Shown here: piece after piece, positions 63,118 to 64,000 of the stretch
Position numbering within the stretch: the first letter of the stretch is position 1
Layout: each line of letters begins with the position of its first letter
Assembly: GCA_016845345.1 (NCBI GenBank)
Contig: JAERSV010000029.1
Coordinates: 24,917-88,916, forward strand
Direction: 5' to 3'
DNA: 64,000 bases
Source of the DNA: Methanobacteriota archaeon
GTDB lineage: Archaea; Thermoplasmatota; Poseidoniia; Poseidoniales; Thalassarchaeaceae
Translations under genes and position numbers: made by a program
The notes under the pieces: model-generated
Told to the model about the DNA's origin: nothing
The model's database searches: none
Seen by the model: only the letters and a program-made list of their open reading frames with translations

Positions 63118-63742
63118 AGGTGAACATTTGCAAGAGAGAAGGTTCGCCATTGTTGGCCATCGTGCCATCAGCAATGGGAAATTGAATCTAAACGATTTAG
63201 CCGGAAGTGGCGGCAGAATGGATGTTTTAGTCCGTGCTGTTAATTCTGCATTATTCTTATCTCATGGAATCAGAGAAAAAACACACATCACAATACACAT
63301 GATGGGTGGGGAAGGGCCGCCAAGACGAATTTGGTTTGATGGTGCTAAGGTTTGGGGGCTTCATCCAGACGAAAGAGCAATTGCCGGACAGATTGGAAAA
63401 ATTATGGTCGAACCTACGCCGGCTCGGGGCAACTGGATAGAACACCAACCAGGGATTTGGCACTCGGGTGGAGACCTCTCCGTGACTCTAAATGAATGGG
63501 AAAAAGAGGATGTTCAGATAGTAAAATTAGATGCAGATGGCGTACCATTTTCTGAACAATTTAACAAATCAATAGATAATAAAATTGGCTTCATTTTATC
63601 AGACGACAAACCATTCACAGATGAAGAAAACAATCTCCTTGAGCAAAAAAGCAAATCACTTTCACTGGGGAAAAATTGGATACAAGGACACACCGCAATT
63701 GGTATCGTCCATCATTTACTTGACACGATTATTGACCAATAA
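63098..63742 (+). CDS. trmY: tRNA (pseudouridine54-N1)-methyltransferase TrmY (SPOUT)
   Basis: RRFAIVGHRAISNGKLNLNDLAGSGGRMDVLVRAVNSALFLSHGIR...LSLGKNWIQGHTAIGIVHHLLD is collinear with my recollection of Mj1640-type TrmY. Start overlaps the srp54 3' end by 20 nt. Confidence 0.8.
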   Translation: MSICQCEGEHLQERRFAIVGHRAISNGKLNLNDLAGSGGRMDVLVRAVNSALFLSHGIREKTHITIHMMGGEGPPRRIWFDGAKVWGLHPDERAIAGQIGKIMVEPTPARGNWIEHQPGIWHSGGDLSVTLNEWEKEDVQIVKLDADGVPFSEQFNKSIDNKIGFILSDDKPFTDEENNLLEQKSKSLSLGKNWIQGHTAIGIVHHLLDTIIDQ

Positions 63743-64000
63743 CAAGCCAAGAAGGTAATCCTTCACCCGAATGAGTTGTTGTCAATAATTCATCTGAAAT
63801 CGCTAAGGGGTGGCCTTGAGGCCACGTTCCAAGCGTGGAAACACTTGCAAATCCCAAATGTACTCGATTTGAATCGCCATTTTCAATGGGCTCATCCTCA
63901 ATGCTTGCGGCACCTAATTGAATATTCCATTCATCTCTATCAACAGAATTGTCACCTACAATTTCTATCGCTCCACGATACCATCTGCCTCCTAAATGAG
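63729..64000 (-). CDS. hypothetical protein, C-terminal fragment (5' end outside window)
   Basis: Minus-strand frame open from the window edge to stop at 63729..63731: ...GRWYRGAIEIVGDNSVDRDEWNIQLGAASIEDEP...GLPSWLVIGQ. Convergent with trmY, overlapping it by 14 nt. Confidence 0.4.
   Translation of the reverse strand, partial: HLGGRWYRGAIEIVGDNSVDRDEWNIQLGAASIEDEPIENGDSNRVHLGFASVSTLGTWPQGHPLAISDELLTTTHSGEGLPSWLVIGQ

Noticed and set aside
1-64000. Search by eye for tRNA, rRNA, CRISPR repeats, transposases, integrases, long terminal or direct repeats, and defence-system genes
   Set aside because: No intergenic gap exceeds about 150 nt. None shows cloverleaf-like GC-rich blocks or regularly spaced repeats. 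No ORF has transposase, integrase, Cas or restriction-enzyme motifs. I therefore report none. A tRNAscan/Infernal run would be the decisive check.

Overview
This window reads as densely packed chromosomal DNA from an archaeon. It is moderately AT-rich by eye. My best guess is an uncultured marine euryarchaeon of the Thermoplasmatota / Marine Group II type, inferred from gene content only. I support about 60 protein-coding genes. I saw no rRNA, tRNA, CRISPR array, transposase or integrase.

Archaeal hallmark genes:
- primase PriS, aEF-2, ribosomal proteins S12, S7 and L37Ae, and RFC large subunit
- the exosome superoperon: PsmA, SBDS, Rrp4, Rrp41, Rrp42, L37Ae, Pcc1-like, prefoldin beta
- TiaS, TrmY, KptA, Dph6-like, SRP54, ProRS, GlyRS
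- isopentenyl phosphate kinase and an archaeosortase-like protein

Metabolic and transport genes:
- futalosine-pathway menaquinone genes (mqnD, mqnA, an mqnE/C-type radical SAM enzyme, UbiD-family)
- split transketolase, CoaBC, PurB, GmhA/GmhB
- OPT transporter, P-type ATPase, TrkAH

Observations most worth follow-up:
1. A 163-aa protein that looks like exactly one half of eukaryotic deoxyhypusine hydroxylase.
2. A MamK-type actin-like ATPase next to a double zinc-ribbon protein.
3. A conserved G-rich/GC-box element between the TATA box and the start codon of several housekeeping genes, including an exact 14-mer shared by the EF-2 and S12 promoters.
4. An acyl-CoA desaturase inserted between S7 and EF-2.
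5. An IDI(type 1)-GGPP synthase fusion.
6. A 1764-aa Lhr helicase with a duplicated C-terminal module.

All family calls rest on motifs I recognise by reading the translations. No database search was run. Start codons are my best choice among alternatives.
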